This document shows, piece by piece, positions 51,401-63,906 of a stretch of DNA of 64,000 nt (its first letter is position 1; each line of letters begins with the position of its first letter). The notes beneath the pieces were generated by a model. It was not told where the DNA came from and did not search any database. It was given only the letters and a program-made list of their open reading frames with translations. Location of the stretch: positions 7,130,001 through 7,194,000 of the forward strand of contig CM120640.1 of the NCBI GenBank assembly GCA_051362555.1, given 5' to 3'. The DNA is from Lingula anatina (lineage: Eukaryota; Animalia; Brachiopoda). A program made the position numbers and the translations under genes.

Positions 51401-54400
51401 CATTGATTAATTTCCGTTCTTTTCCGGTGTGTACTCGGCTACTCCCGGAGAAACATCACTAAAACGGGCAATATCACGTAATATGACTGACATAGGAGTT
51501 AAGTAAGTGTAAATATTGAATGTTTAAAATGTATTCTAATGATCCCCAAAAGTGACCCCCATACCCAAAACCTGCACTTTAAAGATAGATTGTATCACTT
51601 TCCTTTGCTTTAGGGAAAACCACCTGCTGCTTGTATCGCCTATGGACCTTCTTCTCACGTTACTGGGAGCAAGCCGCCAGGGCTGGAGAGCCCTTAATTC
51701 CCCGTAGTGTTACCTTTACGCACCAGGACGAAAAGGCAGACAAGCTTAATAACAAAGGTATTTATGTGTCATATTATAACATCCAGAAATATCGAAATAA
51801 TGTTATCATACATATACAGTAGTTGTGCTATTTAATGGGAGAGTTTTGTTTCTCTTAGTATATACATGTATATGTTCAATAAAATCAGGTTATGCATGAT
51901 GAATTATTTTTAGTAAATTTTTTTAACTTGCATTTTCGTTTTTTTAAATTGTTTTTAAAGATACAGCAGAAATGTCTGATGTTGGTGATGATGATGGCGA
52001 TGATGATGGTGATGCATCAGCTGATGAACCAGAAAAGTTGGATGTAGCCAGCAAAGGTGCCACATGTAACACAGAAGACTGCCAACAAGAACCTGGCAAC
52101 TCTCAGGAAGCCCTGATCATGGAACATCTGCATCAAGTGTTTGTTACTAAAAATGCTGTGCTTTGCAGTGAAGTGAAGAGAAATTTCAGGGAGTTGAGTC
52201 ATGCATGGGAACCTGCCAATGCTCATGTTGAAGTGGAAGACCTTCCTTTGCCAAATTGTCTACAAGAAGCCCACCCTGCTCAGTTCCCGCTGTTTATCAC
52301 AGCCAAACAGTGGCTCATGCTTCTTGATGGATCCTTGCCGAATTCATTTTTTCCACGCAACCAAGATGGCAGCCTGAAGCGGCAGATTCAGGGCTGGGGA
52401 GAAAAAGAAGCAAGTGTGACCTATATCCCAGACCTCGATGATTCTGATGGTGAGTTGGAGGATGATGAAGATGACACAGTGTTACCAGGTGACCCTGAAA
52501 ATGAGGATGTCACCAACCAACCACAGCAAAGGGAAACTGATCCAAGGCGAGAAGTAACATATGAGGTATTTGCCTATGAGCTTTGGACCAAAGTGAATAA
52601 GGAAAAGATTGACTACCACCCTACATTGGTCTGGATGGAAATTATATCTTTTATTAAAGGTTCTGTAGAGGCCCTGCACACTGAGAAGGGTGTGCTTTCC
52701 AGAGACAGATACCTAGAGCTTGGACAGAAGAGAGCACCCAACTTCTTTGGAGATCGGAACAAGGTATATGACATGTTTGAGAGATACCATCAGATCAAGT
52801 TGACCAAGGGTCTGTTTGATGAATGTGATGTGATCAGCCATATTTACCACAGATTGAAAGATATTAAAGTCTTGCATTGGAGCCTTCATCAAATCTATGT
52901 GGATGAAACCCAAGACTTTACCCAGGGCGAACTTTCCCTGTTCGTACGGTGTTGTCAAGACCCCAATTCTCTATTTTTCACAGGAGACACAGCCCAGAGC
53001 ATCATGAGAGGAGTTGCCTTCCGTTTTGATGATCTCAGGACTCTATTCCACTATGCAAACAAGTCTTTCAGAGCTGTGGGCAAGACATCGGCAGTGGCTG
53101 TCCCCAAGAAGGTGTACCAGCTCACCCACAACTACCGATCTCATGCAGGTATCCTGGACCTGGCATCCAGTGTGATTGATCTCTTGGTGAAGTTCTTTCC
53201 AGAGTCTTTTGACAGACTAGAGAGAGATCAGGGCTTATTCCTTGGACCCAAACCAGTTCTTCTGCAGTCCTGTAGTTTCAGTGACCTTGCATTACTGCTG
53301 AGAGGAAACAAAAGGAAGACGTCTGAGATTGAGTTTGGTGCCCACCAGGTTATCTTGGTTGCCAATGAGGAGGCCAAGAGCAACTTGCCAGAAGAACTTA
53401 GTTTGGCCCTGGTGCTGACCATCTATGAATCCAAAGGCCTAGAGTTCGATGATGTCCTGCTATACAATTTCTTCAAGGATTCCCCTGTAAGTTGGTTTAA
53501 AAACGTTTTGTTGTGGATTTTTTTTTTTTTTTTTTTTTTGGGGGGGGGGGGGATGGGGCTAATATTAAAGAAACATGATGCAGCTGCAATAGTAATGCAA
53601 ATGTTAAAAGGTCGTTTATTTATTATGTTCTTTTAGATTTTTGATATTCAAGAACAACTTGAAATTTTGTGTCATTTGAGTTTTCAGCAGCTACAATTAA
53701 GTTCCAATGCTCTTGTAGGCTAACAAAGAATGGAGAGTTGTGACAGGTCACCTGGACAAGCTGCTAGAGCAGTACAAGTACAATCAAGAGAAAGGACAAG
53801 ATAATCTTGTGGAGCTGGATATTAGTAAGTGATGTTCCATGCATTTGAGGTACCATTGAAAACATACAAAGTGAATTTTTGAAAAAAATTATTTGTGGTG
53901 TCATCATGGAAACTGTCATTCAAGAATTGAAAACACACGATGATAAACTTATTCAAACTGTGGCTGAAGGATGATATTCCCGATGAAAATCTTAAGAAAA
54001 CCTCCCATCTTAAAAATAACTAAAACTAAAAAAAAAAAATGAAATTAAAGTCTATCAGTTAATTTTGAAACTTGCATAAAAAAATGAAGTAAAATTCTAT
54101 CAGTTAATTTTGAAACTTGTACATCTCACTTGTTAAAAAGTCACTCATGGATTGTTTGGTTTTAATTTTAGGTCTTTTGAATGTCTCCTGTTCCCTTAAT
54201 GAATATCTGACATTTTGTTTTGGTTGTAAAAGATAATACAATTTATGATCCGGTTCATTTGATATCCCAATAAACATTTTTTTGTATGCATTGAGTCGTC
54301 TTTCACTCAGTGGCATCATATTCAAGATCTGGATAGATTATCTTAAGAGCTCTTTCTTGAGACTTTTCTACTACAGGGCAGTCAATTTATCCGTTAACCC

Positions 54401-54916
54401 AGAGTGCCAGACAGGGGCAGTATATTCTAAAACTGGCCTTATGACCATTTGGTAATAAGTTACAAGGTCATCAGTTGTAAGGCCTGCATGCTTCAGGTGC
54501 TGTAGGAAATTAATCCTTTTGCTTGCTTATTTTGGTGATTTTGTGTACATGACCTTTCTATGTGAGGTCATTAGAGATATACACTCCAAGTAAATTAAAT
54601 GATTCTACATATTTAATATCTGTATTGTCAGTCATTAGCTTAGGGATAACTGCATTGCTCAAATTCTTTTTTAACTTTTAAATAATTTTTCCAGATGAGT
54701 ACGACAATGTCCGTCCTAGACCATTAGACTTTAGCCCAGAGAAACACAAAGTACTGAACTCTGAGCTCAAGTATTTGTACACAGCTTTGACCCGGGCCAG
54801 GGTCAATGTCTGGTTATTTGATCAGGACGAGGAAAAGAGGGCACCTATGTTTGAATATTTTGTTCGTAGAAAGTTGATTGATGTTGTGGAGACAAGAAAT
54901 GACAACAGTGATGATG
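34534..54916 (+). CDS. TRANK1: TRANK1-like copy 2; in frame through helicase motif VI, 3' exons not present in the window
   Basis: Exons 34534-34540 (inferred), 37578-37825, 38288-38453, 38889-39097, 39251-39389, 39732-39892, 41839-41950, 42500-42682, 42935-43188, 44761-44944, 45331-46890, 51614-51757, 51961-53486, 53719-53824, 54695-54916. Splice sites and phases match copy 1, and length differences are multiples of 3. It lacks homologues of 10032-10196 and 10432-10611. Confidence 0.85.
34902..36213. mobile_element. Copy-2-specific insertion (~1.3 kb), probable non-autonomous DNA transposon, containing a (TTTA)n tract
   Basis: Absent at the paralogous site (tttgatgacttcatctttggc, ~3811-3831). 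gggg...cccc ends with weak inverted similarity, an imperfect 8-bp flanking repeat (ccccttat/gaccttat) and (ttta)n at ~35906-35950. Confidence 0.55.
38045..38258 (+). mobile_element. Probable 3' tail of a truncated non-LTR retroelement
   Basis: Absent from the copy 1 intron; ends with a ggcc-aga-ggcc stem-loop, aataaa and (cat)n. Confidence 0.45.
40190..40876. mobile_element. PIF/Harbinger MITE with internal tandem duplications
   Basis: TTA duplication; ~60-bp TIR gcccctatttcacacagaccacgaatc...; left end duplicated at ~40359; ~100-bp tandem repeat at 40598-40803. Confidence 0.8.
41230..41476 (+). mobile_element. Short retroposed insertion with 11-bp TSD
   Basis: aaggtgagctt at 41219-41229 and 41477-41487; the insert ends aataaatctgataaaa; single site in copy 1 (~9427). 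Confidence 0.65.
43467..43670. mobile_element. MITE family A, third copy
   Basis: caggcccgtagcc...ggcgacaggcctg with TSD tgaaa; empty site in copy 1 near 15880. Confidence 0.85.
43719..44094. mobile_element. Non-autonomous Kolobok-like element
   Basis: TTAA on both sides; TIR agatacatacaaa versus aggtacatacgaa; absent from copy 1 (~15925). Confidence 0.7.
47397..49573 (+). pseudogene. Kolobok transposase remnant: THAP domain plus C-terminal segment, catalytic core missing
   Basis: MVKKCVAQNC...FP...W...LCGAHFEEDCF...DSVPTI (C2CH THAP) with a frameshift near 47610. Exon-like blocks at 47397-47761 and 48002-48188. Later YYLAALHYNENSERMQA...FPKYKKGG...TY (49078-49226) and a last exon ending at TAG 49573. 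No DDE core is visible between them. Confidence 0.8.
48226..48306 (+). repeat. 81-bp perfect inverted repeat, left arm
   Basis: ttattaagttcaaag...gtaggcagacaa is the exact reverse complement of 50981-51061. Confidence 0.9.
50000..51359 (-). CDS. KolX / P2X7-intracellular-ballast-like (nanor-like) Cys-rich protein, 211 aa, 3 exons
   Basis: Exons 51359-51115, 50577-50350 and 50162-50000 with GT-AG sites and an open frame (636 nt). Motifs YQFEP, WCECGHC..M...E..CC.E, C..HPGF...CL, YRYIAYRQ..RW..G.LG...R.PLP.C.V.KIR..F....HYTGF. Confidence 0.85.
50981..51061 (-). repeat. 81-bp perfect inverted repeat, right arm
   Basis: Exact reverse complement of 48226-48306; lies in intron 1 of the KolX-like gene. 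Confidence 0.9.
54120..54645 (-). mobile_element. LINE (CR1/L2-group) reverse transcriptase C-terminal fragment
   Basis: Minus strand reads RINFLQHLKHAGLTTDDLVTYYQMVIRPVLEYTAPVWHSGLT...ERALKII, with stops. Absent from the copy 1 intron. Confidence 0.75.
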
Positions 54917-55310
54917 GTAAGAAATGGAGTGACTATGAGCTGATGCTTTGAAGATGCCTTGTAATTATGAATCCTTCACATTTGGTATAATGCCCTCCTT
55001 TCGTAAGATGCCTTGTAATGTCTTTAAACAAAAGATGAGAGACAAGCCGTCTCATGCAAGATGGTGGAAACTTGAGCCGCTTATGTCATACAAAAATAGA
55101 GTAATCGGGTGTTCTTATGTAATTGTTAATTTTATTTGGTGTACTAGTAATATTGACATATCCCAGCTAGAAAAGCAGTCCCCTTTGCAGTCTGCTTGCA
55201 GTCTCCTTAACAGTCCCCCTATGGAGCCTGCTTTGCAGTCTCCCTAGCAGTCCCCGCTCCCACAGCAGTCTCCTTTGCAGGTATCGTTAAGTATGGAGGG
55301 AGTCCCCTTG

Positions 55311-55745
55311 GCAGTCTTAATTTGCATTTTTGGAACGCGCTGCCAGGGGGACTGCCAGGGCAGTCCCCCTTGCAGTCGGCTTTAGCAGTCTCCCTAGCAG
55401 TCTGCTTGGCAGCCCCCTTAGCAGTCTGCTTGGCAGTCCCCCTGGCAGTCTTAATTTGCATATTTGGAACGCGCTGCCAGGGGGACTGCCAGGGCAGTCC
55501 CCCTTGCAGTCGGCTTTAGCAGTCTCCCTAGCAGTCTGCTTGGCAGTCCCCCTAGCAGTCTGCTTGGCAGTCCCCCTGGCAGTCTTAATTTGCATATTTG
55601 GAACGCGCTGCCAGGGGGACTGCCAGGGCAGTCCCCCTTGCAGTCGGCTTTAGCAGTCTCCCTAGCAGTCTGCTTGGCAGCCCCCCTAGCAGTCTGCTTG
55701 GCAGCCCCTCTCGCAGTCTACTCTGCAGTCTCCTTAGCAGTTTGC
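55311..55745 (+). repeat. 134-bp minisatellite, ~3.2 copies
   Basis: gcagtcttaatttgcat recurs at 55311, 55445 and 55579 with near-identical units. Confidence 0.9.
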
Positions 55746-56157
55746 TTAGAAAAATAAAATTTGGCAAAATCTTTTTATTTATTTATTTATTTATTATTAT
55801 TTTTTTAAAGTCATATACATGTATATATTCAAATAATAATTACATTTATCAAAAGGAATCTAGAAATAATCTTTCTCCCAAGCATGTGTGTAAGTTCAAA
55901 TCTAAATACAAAATTTCCCCTTGATCACAAAATGTATGTTATCTGATTCATTTATATCTAACATATTGGTTTATTTCTCTCCATACTATTTAGTTCAGTT
56001 TACTATTTTACATATACATTTTTCTACAAAGCCCATATTAGCAGAGGGCTGGGAATTCTACTGTACGTTATTTAATCATTCCAAAAACTCAGTCACAGAA
56101 TTCACTGGCCAGGATTCATACATTGATACAGACACATAAGAGCAATATTTCAAGTAA

Positions 56158-56367
56158 TTTTTAAGGTTTTTTAACTAATGTGGGCAAGTTATACACTAAA
56201 ACAATTTTAAAGTGTACATACCAAAGGAAAAAAAGGCTCATTTCATTTAAATTTTGTATTTTTAAGGTTTTTTAACTATAATGTGGGCAAGTTATACACT
56301 AAAACAATTTTAAAGTGTACATACCAAAGGAAAAAAAGGCTCATTTCATTTAAATTTTGTATTTTTA
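56158..56367 (+). repeat. ~103-bp tandem duplication
   Basis: ttttaaggttttttaacta...aaattttgtatttttaa is present twice. Confidence 0.85.
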
Positions 56368-57328
56368 ACACATTGCATGATAATGAAAAGTACAAAGATA
56401 GATGTTTTAAAAGGTGTTATCCTCATCTGTGAATTATTGTCTATATTCATGTCAAAAACTGCAAAGTTTGAAATAATATTTTAATTGACAAAAGGACCAA
56501 AATGGTTAAATGCAAACCTTTTTCTAGCCTAATAGCAATTTCAAGTACTTTTAAAAACCACAAACAGAATTCAAAGTGCTGGGCTAAAATTGAACACTTC
56601 CCAAAGCTCTATGGATCCTGGTGCATTAGTAAACTATACATGTAGGAAAATACAAAACCAAAAGGACTTGCATGCTCACTTCTTATCCTGTCTCTGTCCT
56701 TCTTCATTTTTCTTTCTACATGCATTTCCTAAAAATGTCTTCTAGCTTTTTCAATCCAGAAATCAATGTTTTCAGATTTCTTGCCTCTTCCTTAGAACAT
56801 TTCTGACCTAGCTTCTGGCTTAGAGTTTTGAATTAATTAGCTCAACGGTCATGTACTTCTGCCTGTGCTGTATAGTTATTTGACCTCATTGGGCAAGCTG
56901 TAGGTGAACTGTTTATATCAAGCTGACAGTTAAGATAAACATGGCCCTGGCTTGAAATGAATTTGGTTTTGAAAGTTACCAGTTAATTTTAATCACAAGT
57001 CCAACTTAAATTGATGCTAACTGTGAGGTTTAAAATTTATATATTATGCAATTGTATATTATCATAAGACTTCAATTATTTGTCTGATTTCAATGAAAAT
57101 TATAGCAGTAATAAAGGATATTTTCACAGCATTATTAAAAAATATAAATCTAAAATATTTAATAAAAAATAAAAAATTAAAAAAATATAAAACTTCACTT
57201 AGTTAGTAATCAAAAGTTTAGCACATGTGCTTCTCAATTGTGGATAGAAACACTTTTTAAATAACTATTGGGTTGTTTATTGCATACGTTGGCCAACGTT
57301 GAAAATGTCAGTTATTTCCGTTTAGTTC

Positions 57329-57475
57329 GCAGCCCCCTTTGCAGTCTCCTGCAAAATATTTAAGTTATTGCAGCCCCCTTTGCAGTCTCCTGCAAAAATG
57401 TTTAAGTTATTGCAGCACCCTTTGCAGTCTCCGGCATAAATGTTTAAGTTATTGCAGCCCACTTTGCAGTCTGCC
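57329..57475 (+). repeat. 41-42-bp tandem repeat, ~3.5 copies
   Basis: gcagccccctttgcagtctcctgcaaaa...taagttatt units start at 57329, 57370, 57412 and 57454. Confidence 0.85.
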
Positions 57476-60398
57476 TGCTCAAGGAGCAAAATGGCCAAGT
57501 TACTTTGCAGCAGTCACGTTGTCTTGTGATTCCCAAGCTGATGTCGGGCAGTCTCTTTGGTTAAAGTCTTGTTCCCAACACGGGTAAATTTACAAGATGT
57601 ATTAATTGTTCCATCAGAAAAAGTGTTACTTTTATCACTCTGATCGGGGCTGAGTCTAGCCCTGGTGTGTAGGAACTATATAGTTACATTATTAGTCTTA
57701 GGTATTTGGGAATTCATCTTTGTGTTACTCCATGTTTTAGGGATAAGAGATCCTTCAGGAGGTGGTGCTGCTGGACGTATGTGCCTTATGTTTCTCATGT
57801 AATCCCACTTGGAGTATCTACAATGTATGACCTCAAGTTTGGGACCTCTGTTACCATTCCATATAGCCATGGTTTTGACTTCTGATGAGGCGGAGGCTTT
57901 AGGTACACAAAATCACCAACTTTCACTCTTGGTAGCTCTTTACTACTATGATGATCATAGTGTAGCTTTGCTGCAGCTTTCTTTTGGTGTATGACATTTT
58001 GTACTGATGACAACTCTTCTGGATTTGAGACCAGAAGTTTGCAGGATGTTGGTAACAAACTTCCTGTTCTTCTGCCCATGCTTCGCTGTGCAAGACTCAG
58101 GGAATGTCCTTGCGGTGGTGTATTGCTGTAGTTTAAGAGAACCTGCTGGATATTAGTTTTGCCTGCTTTCTTTAACATTTGTTTCACTATTTTGACTGAA
58201 GCTTCGGCTTTACCATTACCCTGAGGCTAGTATGGCGAACTTGAAATATGTTGTATTTTGTATCTGTTACACATTCCTTCATACTCACTGGCAATAAAAA
58301 GAGGTCCATTGTCAGTGAGTGTGACTTCTGGGACACCATGTCTTGCAAGGTGAGCCTTCGTTTTGGTAACAATGGTGCTGGCTAGTGTGTTGTCCATATC
58401 ATCAACTTCAATTAAATCAGAGTAGTGGTCTACTGTTACAAGGTAGTTGGTAGAGTCAAATGTACACAAATCTTGACTTACGAATTGCCAGGGATATGTT
58501 GGTGTTGGTTGGCTCATCATTGGTTCTTTAGCATTTAGAGACTTGAACTGAGCACACTTGCTGCACGACTGGGCCATGTCACATATCTCTGCTTTCATTC
58601 CTGGCCAAAATATAAAGTCCTTGCATATACGAATGTTGGACTCTGCTCCATAGTGTACCACATGAATCTTACGAAGCATATTTTTTGTTAGCATTGGCGG
58701 TATTACAACTGGGAGTTCTTTGTAAACTACACCATCATGAACTGTAAGTTCATCTCTAAAGGACCAGTATGGTGTGAGACCTGGATCTAAGTTGACCTTC
58801 TGTGTTGGCCATCCATGTGTTATGGTATTGTGTAACTTGGCCATGACAGGATCAGTCATTGTATTATCTTTTATATTCTTCATGGTTTGTGAGGTCAGAC
58901 CAGCATTGGTTGGGGTATCGTCTCCAACATTAATTCGGAAGATTTCAAAGTTGGTTTGCTTGGAGTCATTCGTGGTCTGTAATGTGGCGCTTGACAGCGT
59001 GTCAGCCAGAACCATGGTTGAGCCTTTCTTATATTTAACATTTATTTTGTATCGTTGAAGTCTCATCATCATTTTTTGTAGGCGACGTGGAGCTGATTGT
59101 AAGGGCTTTTGAAATATTATTTCTAAAGGCTGATGATCTGTGTGCACAGTTATCTTCTGGCCATATAGCCAAAGGTTCACAAGCTGAGACTATTGCAAGA
59201 CACTCTTTTTCAATCTGTGCCCAATTTTCTTCATTGGGGCACATCTTACAGGACGTAAAGGCGACTGGATGCAGTATTCCTTTGCTGTTGGGTTGGAGAA
59301 GTGCTCCCCCAAGGCCGTTTTGTGATGCATCTACTTGTAATACAGTTTCCTTGTTGCTATCAAAGTAGGCCAGACATGGTGCTGTTGCTATCAATTGTTT
59401 TGCTGATATGAATGCCGCCTGGTGTATGGTTGACCATATGAACTCATGATCCTCTTTGGTCAGTTCAAATAGTGGTTGTATTGTCTGGGACAGGTTTGGA
59501 CAAAAGGCATTTAGGTAGTTTACCATGCCACAGAACCTTAGAAGAGTTTTATTGTCTTCCAGTCTAGGCATTTCTCTTAAGGCTTTGACCTTGTTTGGAT
59601 CTGGGTAGATGCCTTTTTCTGTGATGACTGAGCCCATGAACGTTATCTTCTGTAATTTGTACTGTATTTTGTCAGGGTTTAACTTGAGGTTGTGAGTTTT
59701 TGCTCGTTCCATGAGGGCTAAAACACTGAGGTCATGCTTTTTGTTTGCTTCTTCTCGTGTGTTGCCTTGTCCTACAACAAGGATATCGTCAGCAATAGAG
59801 TAGACATTGTCCAGTCCTTCGAGTATTTTATGGATTCTTAAATGAAATTCTTCTGGGTCACAGCTAATACCATATGGTAGGCGTAACCAACGATATCGTC
59901 CCCAAGGTGTATGCATGGTAGTGCACTCACTCGATGCATCATTAAGCTCTATCTGTGTGAATCCATCAAGTGCATCAAAGATGGAGAGTGTCTTGAATTT
60001 CTTCCCTGCCAATCTGGAGAGCAACTCTTCTGTTGTGGGTATTTGGTACTTTGGAACAATAATTGCTTTGTTGATTGTTTGACTGGTCTCAAGGCATATG
60101 CGTATTTTGGTGGTGCCCTCGGGTCTCTGTCTTTCTCTCACCATCATGTTACTGCACCACTCAGTTGGCTCTTCAATTTTCTTGAGCTTTCCATTCTGTA
60201 CCATTTTATCGAGCTTATTTTTCACTTTTTCGATTTTGGCTACAGGTAGTCTATGGACTCCATCCAGCATGGACTAGTGTGACATTCGGATCTAGTCTGA
60301 GGTGCACTGGTTGGCAGAACTTGCCTAGTCCTTCGAAGTTTTCCATGTAGCTGGAAATTAGTTGTTTCTTGGTGATTTAACCAGGAGATAGGGGAGTA

Positions 60399-61827
60399 CG
60401 GTAATATGCCAAACAATTCTACTAAGATTAATTAATTTCATGGAAATGTCAGTTTGGTCGAATTGATTAAGATATAGCAATGGAAATCTTTGATATCGTC
60501 GGGTTGTTAGGGGCATCTGCCAAAACGTCCATCTTACCGGAAGTATTGCATTCCGGAAGTGTAACGCAAGATAAGCCGCAATTTTCACCTGACACGTGTT
60601 TCAAGCACGTTTTATCCTTCTTTTGAAATTTTATTTTGCTGTGTACAATATGTGCTAACATAACTTGAGATTCAAACAGACGACAGTTCATAATTTCTAT
60701 CTATTTATTTCCCTCACTGGCGATCACTTTCATGACGCACTCCCCCGGAGACAAACAATGCCTGGTCACTTATAATTTAAAACCGGTAGCTTTAGTGGAC
60801 TTAAACCAGTTATGTGATCTACGTACGCCCTATTTGAATTTTAATATGTCAACTGAAATCAACCAAATTGAGATATTTTTTACCAGTCTGAGGTCAGTTG
60901 TTTTCAACTCGCAAGGCTTGCTCGGCATAGACGTACGCATTTCCGAAGAAAATTCAATTGCCCCAAGTGGTACTCAAACGGAATTCAGTGTAACTTTAAA
61001 TTACTTTTCAGTATTTAATTTAAAAATCATGTCATATTGAAACATATTGAGAAAAGGCAATCTACTGAGCCTACCTGTGCCGATAGACATATCTTGTTGG
61101 CACTCTTCCGATTTTCTTACATATATACACTCCCTGTGCACAAGCCACGGTGCATATTGAAATCCCAACTGATACAACCCGAACGTAAAATAAGCATTTA
61201 ATTGCCATTATTTACACAAAACAGATGCATTTATAATTTGACGTGAGAATTGAGCAAACACAATGTTTCATGCATCTGGGGAAATAAAAAGTGACTCACA
61301 GGTAATGTAAATACCCAGTGGAACTCTCTGTGAAACTCCGCTTTTCACCGCCATATAAGTTACTGTTTTTTTCTAATAAGGAAGACGTCATTTTTATTGT
61401 TGACAAAACAGTTATCCATGTCGGTGAATAGCTACACGCGTCAGATTTTGACAGCGTGTGATATTTGGAGCCAAGAAGTCTAGGCGGTCGGTCTCACTGA
61501 TCTTTCAGTCGACTGTAGTAAATGTAGGATCTCGCGGCATTGACTTCAAGAACGTTTCCCCTGCATATATATTTCAATCAAACTTGAAAACAAATTGCTT
61601 ATTATTCCCAAAAATTTTATTGGGGCCGAGACATGCAGCATCTATTTCACTGGCTTGAAAATTTACCGAGCCTTGTCGACGATGTGGTTGAACAATCGTA
61701 CAAGAAAAAAATTCTGTTGCATGATTTTGACGTATGGACTAAATGTTTGAGCCCAGAAAAATTAATTTTATTATATAATTTTTTGGTTGGATTGACTGGG
61801 CCCGTCGAAATGCTTGGCACATTACCG
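60399..61827. mobile_element. Non-autonomous Tc1/mariner/pogo-like element nested in Gypsy pol
   Basis: TA duplication; TIR cggtaatatgccaaaca versus cggtaatgtgccaagca. Removing it rejoins the Gypsy protease-RT linker. Confidence 0.8.
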
Positions 61828-62287
61828 TAGTATTAGACACTGCAAGTACCTGGCGATTCATATTCACTGGGGCTTCAATATTCATGGTGTGTGACTGTGG
61901 TGAAACTTGATGAGTCCAAGTCTTTCGCTGTCTTTACCACTAAGTAGTGCTGGCTTGTTGGGAATGTCTGCTGAGTTTATAACTTGAAATTCAAGAATTT
62001 CAAAGCAGTTGGCACCCTCACATGTGAGAACTTATTTACCGGTTTAGACGGTAATAGTTGGTCAGTCTATTTTCTCATACATAGATGATGTTAAGATGTT
62101 ACAGGTTGCAGCTGAATCAACCTGCATGAGCATTTTTCTGGTTTTACCATTTTTCAATGTTACAGGAAGCCAAGTGAAATACTTGTCATCCTGGGCTGAG
62201 GTATCTTGAAGTGAGTAAACATCAAAAGAATGAACCAGGAAGTCATTGTCGGAGTCTAACTCTGCTAGCGTAGTTGCATGGGTTGGC

Positions 62288-63906
62288 TTATTGTACCACC
62301 AGCGTTAGCGCTGGCGGTACACATGGTTTTAGTCCCGTCTGGATCGTTCCGCCGGCTCCGCCGGCTCCTGCGGCTCTGCGGGCTCCGCCGGATGGCTACC
62401 ATTACCGCTTCTCCTCCTAGACGGTAAGGGCCCCCGTACCCATCTCTTGGATTTAGGTCACCTATATTCTCAACTCGTTCCACGTAAAATTTGGGCTTTG
62501 TCGTTTTTGGGGTCTAGGTGTGGCACTCATTGCAATGCACCCTTGTCTAAAAATGGCAAAAAAAATGCTAATTATCTACCCTACGGAAGGAATTATGGGA
62601 AAAATTTCTACAGACGGCTTTCCAAAAGTCATATGTGTAGATTTCAAATATGCCCTTAGATTTGCCCTTTGACCATTATTTCAAGGTCAAATGGGCCAAA
62701 ATTTTCAAAAAAATGAATTTTTTTACGAAAAAAAAATTATTTGCCCTGTTATTCAGACACCACACAGTCTTAACCAATAATATTATTGGAAAGTGTTACC
62801 CTTCAGGTCATCTTTCATCTCCGTGAATTTGGGGTAAATCGGTGCATTTTCACGGGAGAAGTGGCCATAAGATACCGAAACTGAAAACTGTCTCTAATTC
62901 GGGAACCGTTAATGCTAAACACCCATTCTTTTTTGCATTTTGTAGAGCATGTAAAGCCCAACACTGAAGGTGGTCTCCGCTTTTTTGTATTCCATACGGT
63001 TTTCAAGTTACGCTGTATCAAAAAGTACATATTGGTGGTGAAAGCAAAATGTGCAGTACGGTAATGGATAATAAATTTTGAACTCCGGAAAAATAAAACA
63101 TAAGGCTTGGCAAAGCAGACAACTTGTGGTCAAAAATGACATTATTTCATCAAATTTGAACATCTTTAACTTCAGAGCACCTCCCATTTCAAGAATTTTG
63201 ACCAAAATGACCTTTTCTTTATTTTAATTAATTTTTTCTGTAGGAAATTTATGGCACATTATGGTAACTCCAAAATTATAACATTAAGTCCCTTATATCT
63301 CCAAAATTGGCAGAGATAGGTCCATAGTTACTATTGAAGTTGAATAGGAAGTCATATACTGGCAATTTAAATGTGACCTTAAAATTGACCTTTGACCTAC
63401 TTTTCACCATGAACTGAACTTTGCAAATTTTGCTTCCCTTTTATCTCCAAAACTAGCAGAGATAGGTCCATAGTTACTATTGAACTTGAATATGAAGTCA
63501 TATACTGGCAATCTAAATGTGACCTTGAAATTGACCTTTGACCTACTTTTCACCATGAACTGAACTTTGCAAATTTTGGTTCCCTTTTATCTCCAAAACT
63601 GGCAGAGATAGGTCCATAGTTACTATTGAACTTGAATAGGTAGTCATATACTGGCAATCTAAATCTGACCTTGAAATTGACCTTTGACCTACCTTACGAT
63701 GAACTTAACTTTGATTGTACCATTTTTAGTCATATATATTTTTTGCATATTTTGAAAATTCTTGTTGATTGCATTTTTACAGCTTGTTAAGCACAAGACT
63801 GGTAGCTGTGTCCCTTATTTTGTGTATGTGGGGGTCTATACGAATGCGCTTGCTCCAGCTGGTGGTACAATATTCAGAGGCGGTATCACCTCTCTGATCC
63901 TCTAGT
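62288..63906 (+). mobile_element. Helentron-associated non-autonomous element (HINE-like) nested in Gypsy
   Basis: 5' tattgtaccaccagcg-tta-gcgctggcggtac hairpin, a GC-rich simple repeat, three ~146-bp tandem units (63296-63710), 3' subTIR ctggtggtacaata, a small hairpin and terminal ctagtt. TT insertion site; the Gypsy frame rejoins across it. Confidence 0.8.

Larger units (their letters stand above)
47078..51578. mobile_element. Kolobok DNA transposon, internally deleted derivative (4.5 kb), in the intron that splits the Walker A motif of copy 2
   Basis: TTAA duplication (47074-47077, 51579-51582); TIR agagcaggtattg versus agtgcaggttttg; empty site cagttttaaagatag in copy 1 (21176-21190); two convergent genes (THAP transposase and KolX-like). 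Confidence 0.9.
55162..57475. mobile_element. Probable non-autonomous DNA transposon with gcagtc-rich terminal arrays
   Basis: Starts ccc; related gcagtc/gcagcc arrays at 55175-55745 and 57329-57475. The right terminus and TSD were not resolved. Confidence 0.45.

Noticed and set aside
34160-55000. Copy 2 as a mis-assembled allele of copy 1
   Set aside because: About 30% protein divergence in the TPR exon, loss of two exons and wholly different TE content make simple allelism unlikely, though read depth is needed to exclude it.
55219-55924. Multiple repetitive ORFs on both strands (AVPLAV, TARGTAKQ)
   Set aside because: Artefacts of the 134-bp minisatellite; no splice or domain support.
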